Source: an uncultured Bacteroidota bacterium | GTDB taxonomy: Bacteria; Bacteroidota; Bacteroidia; Bacteroidales; SZUA-534 | DNA: 64,000 bases | Assembly (NCBI GenBank): GCA_946404125.1 | Contig: CAMJCK010000009.1 | Location: forward strand, 14,006-78,005 | Reading direction: 5' to 3' | In this document: positions 14,698-24,619 of the stretch, one piece after another | Layout of the letters: every line of letters begins with the position of its first letter | Position numbering within the stretch: position 1 is the stretch's first letter | Notes under the pieces: generated by a model | Seen by the model: the letters and a program-made list of their open reading frames with translations, nothing else | Database searches by the model: none | What the model was told of the DNA's origin: nothing | Made by a program: the position numbers and the translations under genes

Positions 14698-16713
14698 ATG
14701 CCCTTCGAGATTAACTCGCCATTCAAGCCTACGGGCGACCAGCCGCAAGCCATCAGGCAACTTGTGGACGGCCTGAACAGCGGCCAGCAGTATCAGACGC
14801 TGCTTGGCGTGACGGGTTCGGGCAAGACGTTCACCATTGCCAATATGCTTGAGCAGGCGCAGCGTCCAGCGCTCATCTTGAGCCACAACAAGACGCTCGC
14901 GGCGCAACTCTACAGCGAGTTCAAAGAGTTTTTCCCGAACAATGCGGTTGAGTATTTCGTCTCGTACTATGACTACTATCAGCCCGAAGCCTACATCCCC
15001 GTAACGGACACCTACATTGAGAAGGATTTGAGCATCAACGACGAGATTGAGAAATTGCGTCTGCACACCACATCGTCGCTGCTGTCGGGCCGCCGCGACG
15101 TGATTGTGGTCTCGTCGGTGTCGTGCCTTTACGGCATTGGCAACCCCGACGATTTCTACAGCAACAGCATCAGCGTGAAGGTGGGCGAAAACGTTGGCCG
15201 AAACCAACTGCTGCGCCGCCTTGTCGACGCGCTCTACTCGCGCAACGAAGTGGATTTCAGCCGCGGCACGTTCCGCGTGAAGGGCGACACGGTTGACGTC
15301 TATCTTGCCTACGGCGACTCGGCCTACCGCCTAATGTTTTGGGGCGACGAGATTGACCAAATCGAAGTCTTTGACCCGCTGAACGGCAGCGTCATCGACC
15401 GCCCCGAGCAGGTTTCCATCTACCCCGCAAACATCTTCGTGACAACGCAAAGCCGCATCCAGCAGGCCATCCGTATGATTCAGGACGACCTTGTGGCGCA
15501 GGTTGAATATTTCAAGAGCATCGGCAAGCACCTTGAAGCCAAACGGCTCGACGAGCGCGTGAACTACGACCTTGAAATGATACGCGAATTGGGGCACTGC
15601 CCAGGAATTGAGAACTATTCGCGCTATTTCGACGGGCGCGCGGCGGGCACTCGGCCGTTCTGTCTGCTCGATTATTTCCCGAAAGATTTCATCACGGTCA
15701 TCGACGAAAGTCACGTCACCGTGCCGCAGATTCACGCAATGTTCGGCGGCGACCGCTCGCGCAAGGAAAACCTTGTGGAATATGGATTCCGCCTGCCTGC
15801 CGCGCTCGACAACCGTCCGCTCAAGTTCGACGAGTTTGAAGCGCTGACGGGCCAGACCGTGTATGTGAGTGCCACGCCCGCCGATTACGAACTAATGAAA
15901 TGCGGCGGCGTGATTGTTGACCAGGTGATTCGCCCGACGGGCCTTCTCGACCCGCCGATTGACGTGCGTCCGAGCCTGAATCAGATTGATGACCTTGTGG
16001 GCGAAATCAACCGCCGAGCCGCCAAGGACGAGCGTGTGCTTGTGACGACGCTCACCAAACGTATGGCCGAAGAGTTGCAGAAATATCTGACCCGTATGGG
16101 AATACGGTCGAATTACATTCACAGCGATGTGGACACGCTCGAGCGCGTGAAGATATTGGACGACCTGCGCAACGGTCTGTTCGACGTGCTTGTGGGCGTC
16201 AATCTGCTGCGTGAGGGCTTGGACCTGCCCGAAGTGTCGCTGGTGGCCATTTTGGACGCCGACAAGGAAGGATTCCTGCGCAACGAGCGCTCGCTGACGC
16301 AGACCGCAGGCCGTGCCGCCCGCAACGTGAACGGCCTTGTGATTATGTACGCCGACCAAATCACCGACTCAATGCAGCGCACCATCGACGAAACCAACCG
16401 CCGCCGCGAGAAGCAACTGCGCTACAACGAAGAGCACGGCATCACCCCGACGCAAATTGTCAAGGCAAAACGCCGCACCGTGGGCACCGACGAGACCGCC
16501 ACCGCACAGTATTACGTCGAGCCCGAGAAGGTGAACCTTGCCGCCGAGCCTGTTGTGGCCTATATGAGCCGCGAAGCCCTGCAGAAGGCCATCGACAAGA
16601 CCAAGAAGCAAATGGAACGCGCCGCCGACAAACTCGACTTTATGGAAGCCGCCCGCATGCGCGACGAAATGTTTGAGTTGCAGAAGGTGTTGGCGGAAAA
16701 GTTTAAAAGTTGA
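14698..16713 (+). CDS. uvrB: Excinuclease ABC subunit B
   Basis: PTGDQPQAI, Walker [11 protein letters not shown], helicase motifs ([19 protein letters not shown]) and the C-terminal UVR motif [14 protein letters not shown]. Confidence 0.97.
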   Translation: MPFEINSPFKPTGDQPQAIRQLVDGLNSGQQYQTLLGVTGSGKTFTIANMLEQAQRPALILSHNKTLAAQLYSEFKEFFPNNAVEYFVSYYDYYQPEAYIPVTDTYIEKDLSINDEIEKLRLHTTSSLLSGRRDVIVVSSVSCLYGIGNPDDFYSNSISVKVGENVGRNQLLRRLVDALYSRNEVDFSRGTFRVKGDTVDVYLAYGDSAYRLMFWGDEIDQIEVFDPLNGSVIDRPEQVSIYPANIFVTTQSRIQQAIRMIQDDLVAQVEYFKSIGKHLEAKRLDERVNYDLEMIRELGHCPGIENYSRYFDGRAAGTRPFCLLDYFPKDFITVIDESHVTVPQIHAMFGGDRSRKENLVEYGFRLPAALDNRPLKFDEFEALTGQTVYVSATPADYELMKCGGVIVDQVIRPTGLLDPPIDVRPSLNQIDDLVGEINRRAAKDERVLVTTLTKRMAEELQKYLTRMGIRSNYIHSDVDTLERVKILDDLRNGLFDVLVGVNLLREGLDLPEVSLVAILDADKEGFLRNERSLTQTAGRAARNVNGLVIMYADQITDSMQRTIDETNRRREKQLRYNEEHGITPTQIVKAKRRTVGTDETATAQYYVEPEKVNLAAEPVVAYMSREALQKAIDKTKKQMERAADKLDFMEAARMRDEMFELQKVLAEKFKS

Positions 16714-16768
16714 GATGCGAGCTTCCAACTTTCTTACTATTTTTATGCGTTTGGAAACGGGAAAACTG

Positions 16769-19700
16769 ATGAAACGATTTCTGACATACACCGCAGCATT
16801 GCTGCTGACCGCTGCAAGTTTGACTTGCCAGGGTGCGGAACCTGAGTTTTTCAGCGTCAACAATCTGTATAACATATCGATACGCGAGACAAACTCGGTT
16901 TGCAAAGACGCCGATGGCTTTGTATGGGCGTCGTCGAAGATGGGCATTCTGCGGTTTGCCAGCCACAACTACCGCATCTATAACCTACCCTACGCCGAAC
17001 ATAACGCACTGACAGTCAGACTTGAATGTCGCGACAAAATGCTGGTTGCCTATAGCAATTTAGGTCAGGTTTTCATTTATAACCCAGTTGCCGACAAGTT
17101 TGAGCCGCTCATCAACCTGATACAATATATTAATCGCCGGAGCCTGATTATCTACAAAATAGCTATTGATACAAAGCAAGACCTTTGGGTAGCCTCATCG
17201 AAAGGTTTTTTCAAGTATGCCGATGGGCAGATTACAGCCATTGATGAGGAAGGCGTTTTCTTCAACTTGGAATGGCTGTCGGAAAAAGAACTGATTGTGG
17301 CCGGGCGAACGAAAGTGCAAATTATTGACACTGAGTCAGCTGACGCTCGGCCGCGCGACATCGGAGCAAGCCTGCCCCCAAGCATCAAGACCAGCCTTTT
17401 CTGCGACACCGCCCACAACAGGCTCTGGATTGGAACCAAAACCGACGGTTTGATGATTTTCGATTTTGCAAGCCACTCTGTGAACAAGGTGAAAGGCATA
17501 CCAACACTGCCGGTTCTGGCACTCGAGCAGTTCAACGACAGCACTTTGCTTGCAGGTGTTGACGGACATGGAATCAGTGCTATTGACATTGGCAGCGGCC
17601 GCATCAGGAAAACCTACCAAAGCGACCGCAACAACCCGCAAACCCTTGCCAGCAACGGCGTTTACGACATTCTGTGCGACCCAGGAAAGCGCGTGTGGGT
17701 GTGCACCTACGATGACGGCGTGCTCTTTGCCAACGTCGAAACCAAGAACGTCACACAATTCCTGCATCAGCCAAACAACGACAACTCAATAAAAGACAAC
17801 CACGTGAACGACGTGTGCGAAGACCCCGACGGCAATCTCTGGTTTGCCACCAACAACGGTGTCAGCCGATACAATCCACTGACCGACAAATGGTTACATA
17901 TGCAAGCCGATGCACGCGACCGCTCACACGTATTCCTATCAATATGCGCCGACGCTGAAGGGCAAATATGGGCCGGCACCTACTCGTCAGGACTCTATGT
18001 TTTTGACCGAAACGGCCGCACCCTGGCCCACTACACAAGCGGCAACCGCAGCGACTACAACAACGATTTCGTTTTCAGCCTGATAGAAGACCGATACCAC
18101 GACATCTGGATTGGCGGCACCAACAACGAAATTTTCCGCTACAACCGCAACAACCACAGCTTCAGCCGCTTTGACTACTCGCCGGTGAACAAAATTGCCG
18201 AACTCGACAGCGCAAATCTGCTTTTAGGCTGCACCAGCGGACTAAAAAAGCTCGACAAAACAACTGGCCAGAGAAGCACTCTTATTGACAGTTGTATTGT
18301 GAACGACATTCTGGTGCGAGGCGACACCGTATGGGTGGCAACCCACGGCAACGGACTGATTAGAATGAGCATAAACGGCGAAATAACAGCGCGTTATGAC
18401 TCCCGGAACGGACTCCCGTCGGATTTTGTAACAAGCCTGCTATTCGCTGCCGGACATCTTTGGATTGGCACCGAAACAGGGCTTTGCAAATTTGAGCCGC
18501 AGAGCGAAAAAGCGTTCATATTTCCATCAACATCGCAGCTGTCGGCGTCGTTCAACCGCCACGCAGCTTTAGTTCTGAGCAACGGCAATCTGATTTGGGG
18601 CACCAGTAATGGCGCGGTGTGCCTGAACCCTGATTTTGAACCCGAGGCCCAGTCGAGCGGCAAAATCTTCATTCAAGACATCAGCGTGGCGGGCAGCTCA
18701 ATCCGCAATCAGGCCGACATAACAGGCAATATGCCTGTAAACCAGCTTAACAGCTTGAAACTCAACTATACGCAAAATACTATCAAAGTTGAGTTGGAAG
18801 CGCTTGGAAGAGTTGTAGGGCCACGGTTTGCGTGGAAAATGGACGGTATCGACGCTGATTGGAACCAGCCTGCCGCACAAAACATAATCTCGTACCCTAA
18901 CCTGCCGTCGAGCGATTTCGACTTGATTATCAGACTGTACGACAACACTTTATCGCACATCATCGATGAGCGCGAGCTGCACATCGAAATCACACCGCCG
19001 CTTTGGCATCGCTGGTGGTTTGTTATTATCTGCTATCTCGCTGTGTGTCTGTTAGTTTATATAGTTATATCACAATATATCCAAAACATAAAACGGCAAC
19101 ACGCCGAGGATAAAATCCGATTCTTCACCAACACTGCTCACGAGATTCGCACGTCGCTGACGCTGATAAAGGCGCCGATTGAGGAACTCCACAAAGAGAA
19201 AAAACTGACAGCTACAGGCCAGCACAATCTTGAACTGGCATCGGCTCAAGCGCAGCAGCTGTCGGCGGTGGTGACGCAACTGATGGACTTCCAGAAATCG
19301 GACATCGGTAAGGAAATACTACAGTTGGCGATGGTCGATATTATTGATTTTGTGGGGAATAGGATTCAAATGTTTGAATCGATGGCCGCAAAGAGCGAAA
19401 TCGGACTGAAATACACACACAACACCAACAGCTACAGCTCCGCCATCGACACCAATATGATGGCAAAAGTTGTTGATAATCTGATATCTAACGCCATAAA
19501 ATACTCACCCCAAGGCGGCATTGTCAGCATTGGCCTTGAGTGCGATGAAAATATGTGGCGACTATCGGTTACCGACCACGGAATTGGCATCAGCCGACAG
19601 GCGCAAAAGCATTTATTTACAGAGTTTTATCGAAGCGAAAACGCCATTAACTCAAGCATTATCGGCTCCGGCATCGGACTGATGCTGGTGAAAAATTACG

Positions 19701-20626
19701 TTGAGTTGCACAACGGAAAGGTAACCTGCGAGAGCCAGGAAGGCAAAGGCTCGGTGTTCACCATTGAGATTCCGGCAGCCGTGACTGACCGCCACCAATC
19801 CGTCAGCAATGAGATTGCAGCCAAACCCGCATTGCAAACAGCTGATAACAAGACTGTTGACAACAAAGATTCTGACACCAGTCTGCTGATAGTGGAAGAC
19901 AACGAGAACCTGTTGCGGTTCATGCGCGACACGCTGGCCGACGAGTTCGGCATCGCCACCGCAGCCAACGGCCGCGAAGCCTGGCAAAGCATCGCCAATC
20001 AGCAGCCCGACATTGTGGTTTCCGACATTATGATGCCCGAAATGGACGGTTTTGAGCTGTGCCGCCTGATGAAATCGACATTTGAGACAGCGCACATTCC
20101 AATCATTCTGCTCACCGCTCTGTCGGGCCGCGCCGAGCAGCTGCAGGGCCTTGGTCTTGGCGCCGACGACTATCTGACCAAGCCGTTCGATATGGATATT
20201 CTGCGGCTTCGACTTAAAACAATTGTGCGCAACCGCCAGCTGACCAAATCGAAGATTATCAACAGCTTGTCGCACGGCACGCCCGTCGAACTCGGCAACA
20301 AGCAGAACGACGAGTTTGTTCAGAAACTGCACCTTACCGTAAAAGAGAATATGGGCAACAGCGATTTCGACAAGGAGCAGTTTGCCGCCGCAATGAACGT
20401 CAGTTCGTCGCTGTTATATAAGAAGATAAAGGCACTGACAGACCTCTCGCCCACCGACTTCATAAAAACGGCGCGACTGGAGTACGCACAGCAACTGCTC
20501 AAATCGCAGCGGTATAACATAACGGAAATCAGCGAGATGTGCGGATTTGCAAGCGCCGCATACTTCAGCACGGTGTTTAAAAAGCAGTATGGAGTTGCGC
20601 CGTCGGAATTTAATGGCACTGAATAG
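16769..20626 (+). CDS. Hybrid two-component system (HTCS) sensor kinase / response regulator with AraC-type HTH
   Basis: Signal peptide, periplasmic beta-propeller/Y_Y_Y region and a TM helix. Then HisKA (FFTNTAHEIRTSLTLI), HATPase (GSGIGL), REC (LLIVEDNENL...DIMMPEMDG) and AraC HTH (GFASAAYFSTVFKKQYG). ATG at 16769. Confidence 0.9.
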   Translation: MKRFLTYTAALLLTAASLTCQGAEPEFFSVNNLYNISIRETNSVCKDADGFVWASSKMGILRFASHNYRIYNLPYAEHNALTVRLECRDKMLVAYSNLGQVFIYNPVADKFEPLINLIQYINRRSLIIYKIAIDTKQDLWVASSKGFFKYADGQITAIDEEGVFFNLEWLSEKELIVAGRTKVQIIDTESADARPRDIGASLPPSIKTSLFCDTAHNRLWIGTKTDGLMIFDFASHSVNKVKGIPTLPVLALEQFNDSTLLAGVDGHGISAIDIGSGRIRKTYQSDRNNPQTLASNGVYDILCDPGKRVWVCTYDDGVLFANVETKNVTQFLHQPNNDNSIKDNHVNDVCEDPDGNLWFATNNGVSRYNPLTDKWLHMQADARDRSHVFLSICADAEGQIWAGTYSSGLYVFDRNGRTLAHYTSGNRSDYNNDFVFSLIEDRYHDIWIGGTNNEIFRYNRNNHSFSRFDYSPVNKIAELDSANLLLGCTSGLKKLDKTTGQRSTLIDSCIVNDILVRGDTVWVATHGNGLIRMSINGEITARYDSRNGLPSDFVTSLLFAAGHLWIGTETGLCKFEPQSEKAFIFPSTSQLSASFNRHAALVLSNGNLIWGTSNGAVCLNPDFEPEAQSSGKIFIQDISVAGSSIRNQADITGNMPVNQLNSLKLNYTQNTIKVELEALGRVVGPRFAWKMDGIDADWNQPAAQNIISYPNLPSSDFDLIIRLYDNTLSHIIDERELHIEITPPLWHRWWFVIICYLAVCLLVYIVISQYIQNIKRQHAEDKIRFFTNTAHEIRTSLTLIKAPIEELHKEKKLTATGQHNLELASAQAQQLSAVVTQLMDFQKSDIGKEILQLAMVDIIDFVGNRIQMFESMAAKSEIGLKYTHNTNSYSSAIDTNMMAKVVDNLISNAIKYSPQGGIVSIGLECDENMWRLSVTDHGIGISRQAQKHLFTEFYRSENAINSSIIGSGIGLMLVKNYVELHNGKVTCESQEGKGSVFTIEIPAAVTDRHQSVSNEIAAKPALQTADNKTVDNKDSDTSLLIVEDNENLLRFMRDTLADEFGIATAANGREAWQSIANQQPDIVVSDIMMPEMDGFELCRLMKSTFETAHIPIILLTALSGRAEQLQGLGLGADDYLTKPFDMDILRLRLKTIVRNRQLTKSKIINSLSHGTPVELGNKQNDEFVQKLHLTVKENMGNSDFDKEQFAAAMNVSSSLLYKKIKALTDLSPTDFIKTARLEYAQQLLKSQRYNITEISEMCGFASAAYFSTVFKKQYGVAPSEFNGTE

Positions 20627-20655
20627 TGCACTGAGAGCGCAGAGCAATACATTCC

Positions 20656-20686
20656 AACTCCTAACTCCTAATTCCTAACTCCTAAA
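20656..20686 (+). repeat. Tandem heptamer array (aactcct) carrying stop triplets
   Basis: TAA at 20662, 20669, 20676 and 20683 (period 7) closes all three frames 36 nt after the HTCS stop. Confidence 0.7.
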
Positions 20687-20808
20687 CACCAAAATGCAAC
20701 CGATTGTTATTTTTGTTGCATTTTGTTCCGAGTGTCGATTTTTTGCATATTTTACAACCGAAAGCATTTTAACTAAACACATATAGTAACACACTAAAAA
20801 TCAAGACT

Positions 20809-22023
20809 ATGAGACGTTTAAACAAAATCAGAAACTATTGTTTGATGGCTTGCGCGATGATAGTTGCGGGATGCTCGCAACAGACTGCGCAACAAGACAA
20901 TCAGCGCTGGGTTGGAACCTGGGGCACAGCCGTGCAACTCACCGAGCCGCACAACTGCCCACCCGAGCCGGGAATCAGCGGCAACACCATCCGCCAGAAA
21001 ATCCGCGTGTCAATCGGCGGCGAGACCGTGCGCCTGAAACTCTCGAACGAGTTCGGCAACGACGTGCTGAAGATTGCCGCCGTGAGCCTCGCCCCCGCCC
21101 TCGAAGGCAGCAAGATTGACGCCGCAAAGGCTGTGAACGTGCTGTTCGGTGGAAAGCAGGCCATTGATATCGAGAAGGGCAAATCGGTTATTTCCGATGC
21201 GCTGCAGTTCGCGCTGACACCGCGTATGGACGTGGCCGTGACCATTGCCTACACCTTTGTGCCGAGCGACATTACTGGCCACCCAGGCTCACGCACCACT
21301 TCGTACATTCTGACAGGTAACGAACTGAATAACACCGATTTTGCCGATGCTGTCACCACCGACCATTGGTACACCATTGAGCGCCTCGACGTGGTGGCCG
21401 ACGAACCCACTGCAGCCATTGCCATTGTGGGCAACTCAATCACCGACGGCCGCGGCTCGACGACCAATCAGGTCAACCGCTGGACCGACGTCTTCTCTGA
21501 GCGCCTGCTAGCCAATCCCGCCACAAGCAATCTGGCCGTGCTCAATATGGGCATTGGCGGCAACTGCGTCATTCGCGGCGGACTGGGCCCCAACGCTTCG
21601 GTGCGCTTCAACCGCGATGTGATTGAGCAACCCGGCGTCAAGTATGTTATTGTGTTTGAAGGCGTTAACGATATGGGCTACTCGCCAAATCCATCGGCAA
21701 CTGAGAAAGAACTGATTGACGCCTACTCGAAGATGATTGACACGGCGCACGCCCACGGACTGAAGATTTACGGCGCAACCGTAACTCCGTTCAAAGAGTG
21801 CTTCTACGGCTCACCCGAGAAGGAAGAGTGCCGTTTGGCCGTGAACAACTGGATTCGCACCTGCGGCAAGTTCGATGCCGTAATCGACTTTGAGAAAGCC
21901 ATTTGCAGCGATTCGGACACCACCGTAATGAACCCCAATCTGCACGACAACGACAACCTGCACCCCAACGCCAACGGTCACAAGGCTCTGGGCGAGTATG
22001 TTGATTTGGGGCTGTTTGAATAG
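20809..22023 (+). CDS. SGNH/GDSL hydrolase family lipoprotein (probable carbohydrate esterase)
   Basis: Lipobox MIVAGCSQQ. SGNH blocks GNSITDG, GIGGN, GVNDM and DNLHPNANGH. Confidence 0.8.
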   Translation: MRRLNKIRNYCLMACAMIVAGCSQQTAQQDNQRWVGTWGTAVQLTEPHNCPPEPGISGNTIRQKIRVSIGGETVRLKLSNEFGNDVLKIAAVSLAPALEGSKIDAAKAVNVLFGGKQAIDIEKGKSVISDALQFALTPRMDVAVTIAYTFVPSDITGHPGSRTTSYILTGNELNNTDFADAVTTDHWYTIERLDVVADEPTAAIAIVGNSITDGRGSTTNQVNRWTDVFSERLLANPATSNLAVLNMGIGGNCVIRGGLGPNASVRFNRDVIEQPGVKYVIVFEGVNDMGYSPNPSATEKELIDAYSKMIDTAHAHGLKIYGATVTPFKECFYGSPEKEECRLAVNNWIRTCGKFDAVIDFEKAICSDSDTTVMNPNLHDNDNLHPNANGHKALGEYVDLGLFE

Positions 22024-22200
22024 AGAGTATTAAGGAACGCAGATGACACAGATTTAACGGATTTTACAGATTATTTTGAATTGAATTACGAATTACGAAT
22101 TTTGATTCAACTTGTTAAACCTGTTAAACATTAAACTCAACGTTCTAAACAGCGAAGCGTTTCAACTCTTTAAACTTATAACTTATAAACTTTCAACTCA

Positions 22201-23823
22201 ATGAAACACCTATCAATCACCCTGTTAGCCGCTGCCGCGATAATGTGCGGATGCAACGGCCAGAAGAGTGCGAGCACCGAAACGGGCTTCACCAACCCGA
22301 TGATTTGGGCCGATGTGCCCGATATGTCGATGATGCGCGTAGGCGACACCTATTATATGAGCAGCACCACAATGCATATGAACCCAGGTGTGCCCATTAT
22401 GAAGTCGAAAGACCTGAGCAACTGGCAGATAGCGAGCTACGCTTACGAGACCTTGGGCGACCAGGACGAGACGATGCTCTTGAACGGCAAAAACACCTAC
22501 GGCAAGGGCTCGTGGGCAAGTTGCATTCGCTACGTGAACGGCAAATTCTTTGTCAGCACCTTCGACCAGGTGACAGGCAAAACCTACTTTTTCACCACCG
22601 ATAACATTGAGAATGGCAAGTGGGAGCGCCACGAGTTCCGTCCTTCGCACCACGACCATACCATTGTGTTTGAAGAAGATGGACACATTTATATGATAAA
22701 CGGCGGCGGAAAAATCTTCATTCGCGAAGTTGAGCCCGATTTCAGCGGAATCAAGCCAGAATCAGAGAAGGTTCTGATTGAGAACGCTGGTCTGCCTGCT
22801 GGCGAAAACCTGATGCTTGGCGCCGAAGGCTCGCAGATGTTCAAAATCAACGGCAAATACTATCTGTTCAACATTTGCTGGCCGCGCGGCGGTGTGCGCA
22901 CCGTTATCTGCCACCGCGCCGACAGTTTGTTCGGCCCGTACGAAGGCCGCGTTGTGCTACAGGACAAGGGCGTGGCTCAGGGCGGACTCATTGACACGCC
23001 CGACGGCCGCTGGTTCGCCTACCTATTCGGCGACCGTGGCGCTGTGGGCCGTATCCCCTACCTTGTTCCCGTTGTATGGGAAGATGGATGGCCAGTTCTG
23101 GGCGTCGATGGCAAAGTGCCCGAAACACTCGACCTGCCCGCAAACGGCAGTCTGATTCCAGGCATTGTCGATAGCGATGAGTTCGACGGCGACCAGCCGA
23201 AAATTGTCTGGCAGTGGAACCACAATCCAGTCAATTCTTTATGGACGATGACCGAACGCAAAGACTTTATCCGCTTCCGCACCGACCGCACCGACACTCT
23301 GTTCACCCAGAGCCGCAATATGCTCACACAGCGCACCATTGGTCCGAAATGCTCTGGCAGCGCTTGTCTCGATGCCTCGAACCTGAAAGATGGCGATGTT
23401 GCGGGACTTGCCCTGCTGGCTGGAAAATTCGGCTTTGTGGCCATTCAGAACGATGGCGACAAAAAATCGATTGTGATGGTTAACAACCAGCCCGAAGCCA
23501 ACGGCGGCGGTGCACCCTGGCCGCCACGCCGCGGCGTTCAGCACGTTGTGGCAAGCGTTCCTGTCGATGCCACCACCGTCTATTTCAAAGCCGACTGCGA
23601 CTTCAGCCGCATTGCCGACGAAAGCGCCATTGGCAGCCACGGCGTTGACAAGGCCGTCTTCCACTACTCGCTCGACGGCAAGCAGTGGAACCAAATCGGC
23701 GACACCCAGCCAATGTCGTACAGCCTCGACCACTTTATGGGCCAGCGCTACGCACTCTTCTTCTACTCTACCAAAGAGCCAGGCGGCTATGCCGATTTCG
23801 ACTGGTTCAGGATTAGTGAGTAG
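22201..23823 (+). CDS. Glycoside hydrolase family 43 protein (beta-xylosidase / alpha-L-arabinofuranosidase type) with C-terminal beta-sandwich
   Basis: Lipobox AAIMCGC. NPMIWADVPDMSMMRVGDTYYMSSTT, then EGSQMFKINGKYYLF and a GH43 five-bladed propeller pattern, followed by a approx 200-aa C-terminal domain. Confidence 0.85.
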   Translation: MKHLSITLLAAAAIMCGCNGQKSASTETGFTNPMIWADVPDMSMMRVGDTYYMSSTTMHMNPGVPIMKSKDLSNWQIASYAYETLGDQDETMLLNGKNTYGKGSWASCIRYVNGKFFVSTFDQVTGKTYFFTTDNIENGKWERHEFRPSHHDHTIVFEEDGHIYMINGGGKIFIREVEPDFSGIKPESEKVLIENAGLPAGENLMLGAEGSQMFKINGKYYLFNICWPRGGVRTVICHRADSLFGPYEGRVVLQDKGVAQGGLIDTPDGRWFAYLFGDRGAVGRIPYLVPVVWEDGWPVLGVDGKVPETLDLPANGSLIPGIVDSDEFDGDQPKIVWQWNHNPVNSLWTMTERKDFIRFRTDRTDTLFTQSRNMLTQRTIGPKCSGSACLDASNLKDGDVAGLALLAGKFGFVAIQNDGDKKSIVMVNNQPEANGGGAPWPPRRGVQHVVASVPVDATTVYFKADCDFSRIADESAIGSHGVDKAVFHYSLDGKQWNQIGDTQPMSYSLDHFMGQRYALFFYSTKEPGGYADFDWFRISE

Positions 23824-23848
23824 TTAACATCTATTACGACAGAATATA

Positions 23849-23880
23849 ACGGCTCTCGCCTTCGGGTGAGGGCCGTTTTT
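23849..23880 (+). terminator. Rho-independent terminator after GH43
   Basis: 12-bp stem (23849-23860 with 23865-23876, including two G-T pairs), TTCG loop, then TTTTT. Confidence 0.8.
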
Positions 23881-24165
23881 GGTTTTCAAAACGAGTTTTC
23901 CGCACAAACAACACCATTCCGCAGATACAGATTCGGTTATTTATACGCCATTTGAAAGAAAACCAATGACGTTTCTTTCGTTTAGTAGCCCCAAAGCCAT
24001 TTACCACATTTAGCATTGTGTTTATCCCTCTTTAGTTCTCAGATAAGCATTTGCCAGAAAACATATCTATTTACAAAACTCCAAATGCATATTTAGCGGG
24101 ATTCCGAATCACAACAGCTGAAAAATATCTGTTCCCGAAAGACGTGTGGCAGACTGTAATAAATA

Positions 24166-24247
24166 CAACCGATTGCAAAAATATTTTCATTGCCAAACCC
24201 TTAATTACCAACTTATTACACATACGTTGCAACCGATTGCAAAATAT
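24166..24247 (+). promoter_or_regulatory. Direct repeat pair upstream of susC-like gene (candidate operator)
   Basis: caaccgattgcaaaaatat (24166-24184) and caaccgattgcaaaatat (24230-24247), 64 bp apart. A TATGTTTG -7-like box follows at 24351-24358. Confidence 0.3.
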
Positions 24248-24619
24248 GTTGCTACTCGGTTTTTTATTGAAATATCTAATATTAAAAACGAAATATCTGC
24301 ATTTGAAAGTCCGATTCTGGCTTGCAAATAATTTTACTACCAGCAAAAAATATGTTTGCAACTGTTATATGGGGAACACGCAAAACACACGTCATTATTC
24401 TTGGAAAAAACCAAGTACCGAGTTTCTGGTAAAGATTCTTTGTGCGTTGTGCATAGCCACAATGGTCATCCTTATAATAATAAGTTGCGCCTGCGGTATA
24501 AGGGTTGGCTTGGCCAGCGACAGCCGCACGAAGACAGAATTTCGGACGAATGCCTCGCCTCTTTGCCAGTGGCAGGCTGATTTCGGAACTAAATACTATT
24601 TAATAACTAAAAAACATTT

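Noticed and set aside
23834-24016. 60-aa minus-strand ORF just after the GH43 terminator
   Set aside because: It overlaps the terminator hairpin, is at the minimal length, and has no start context or motifs.
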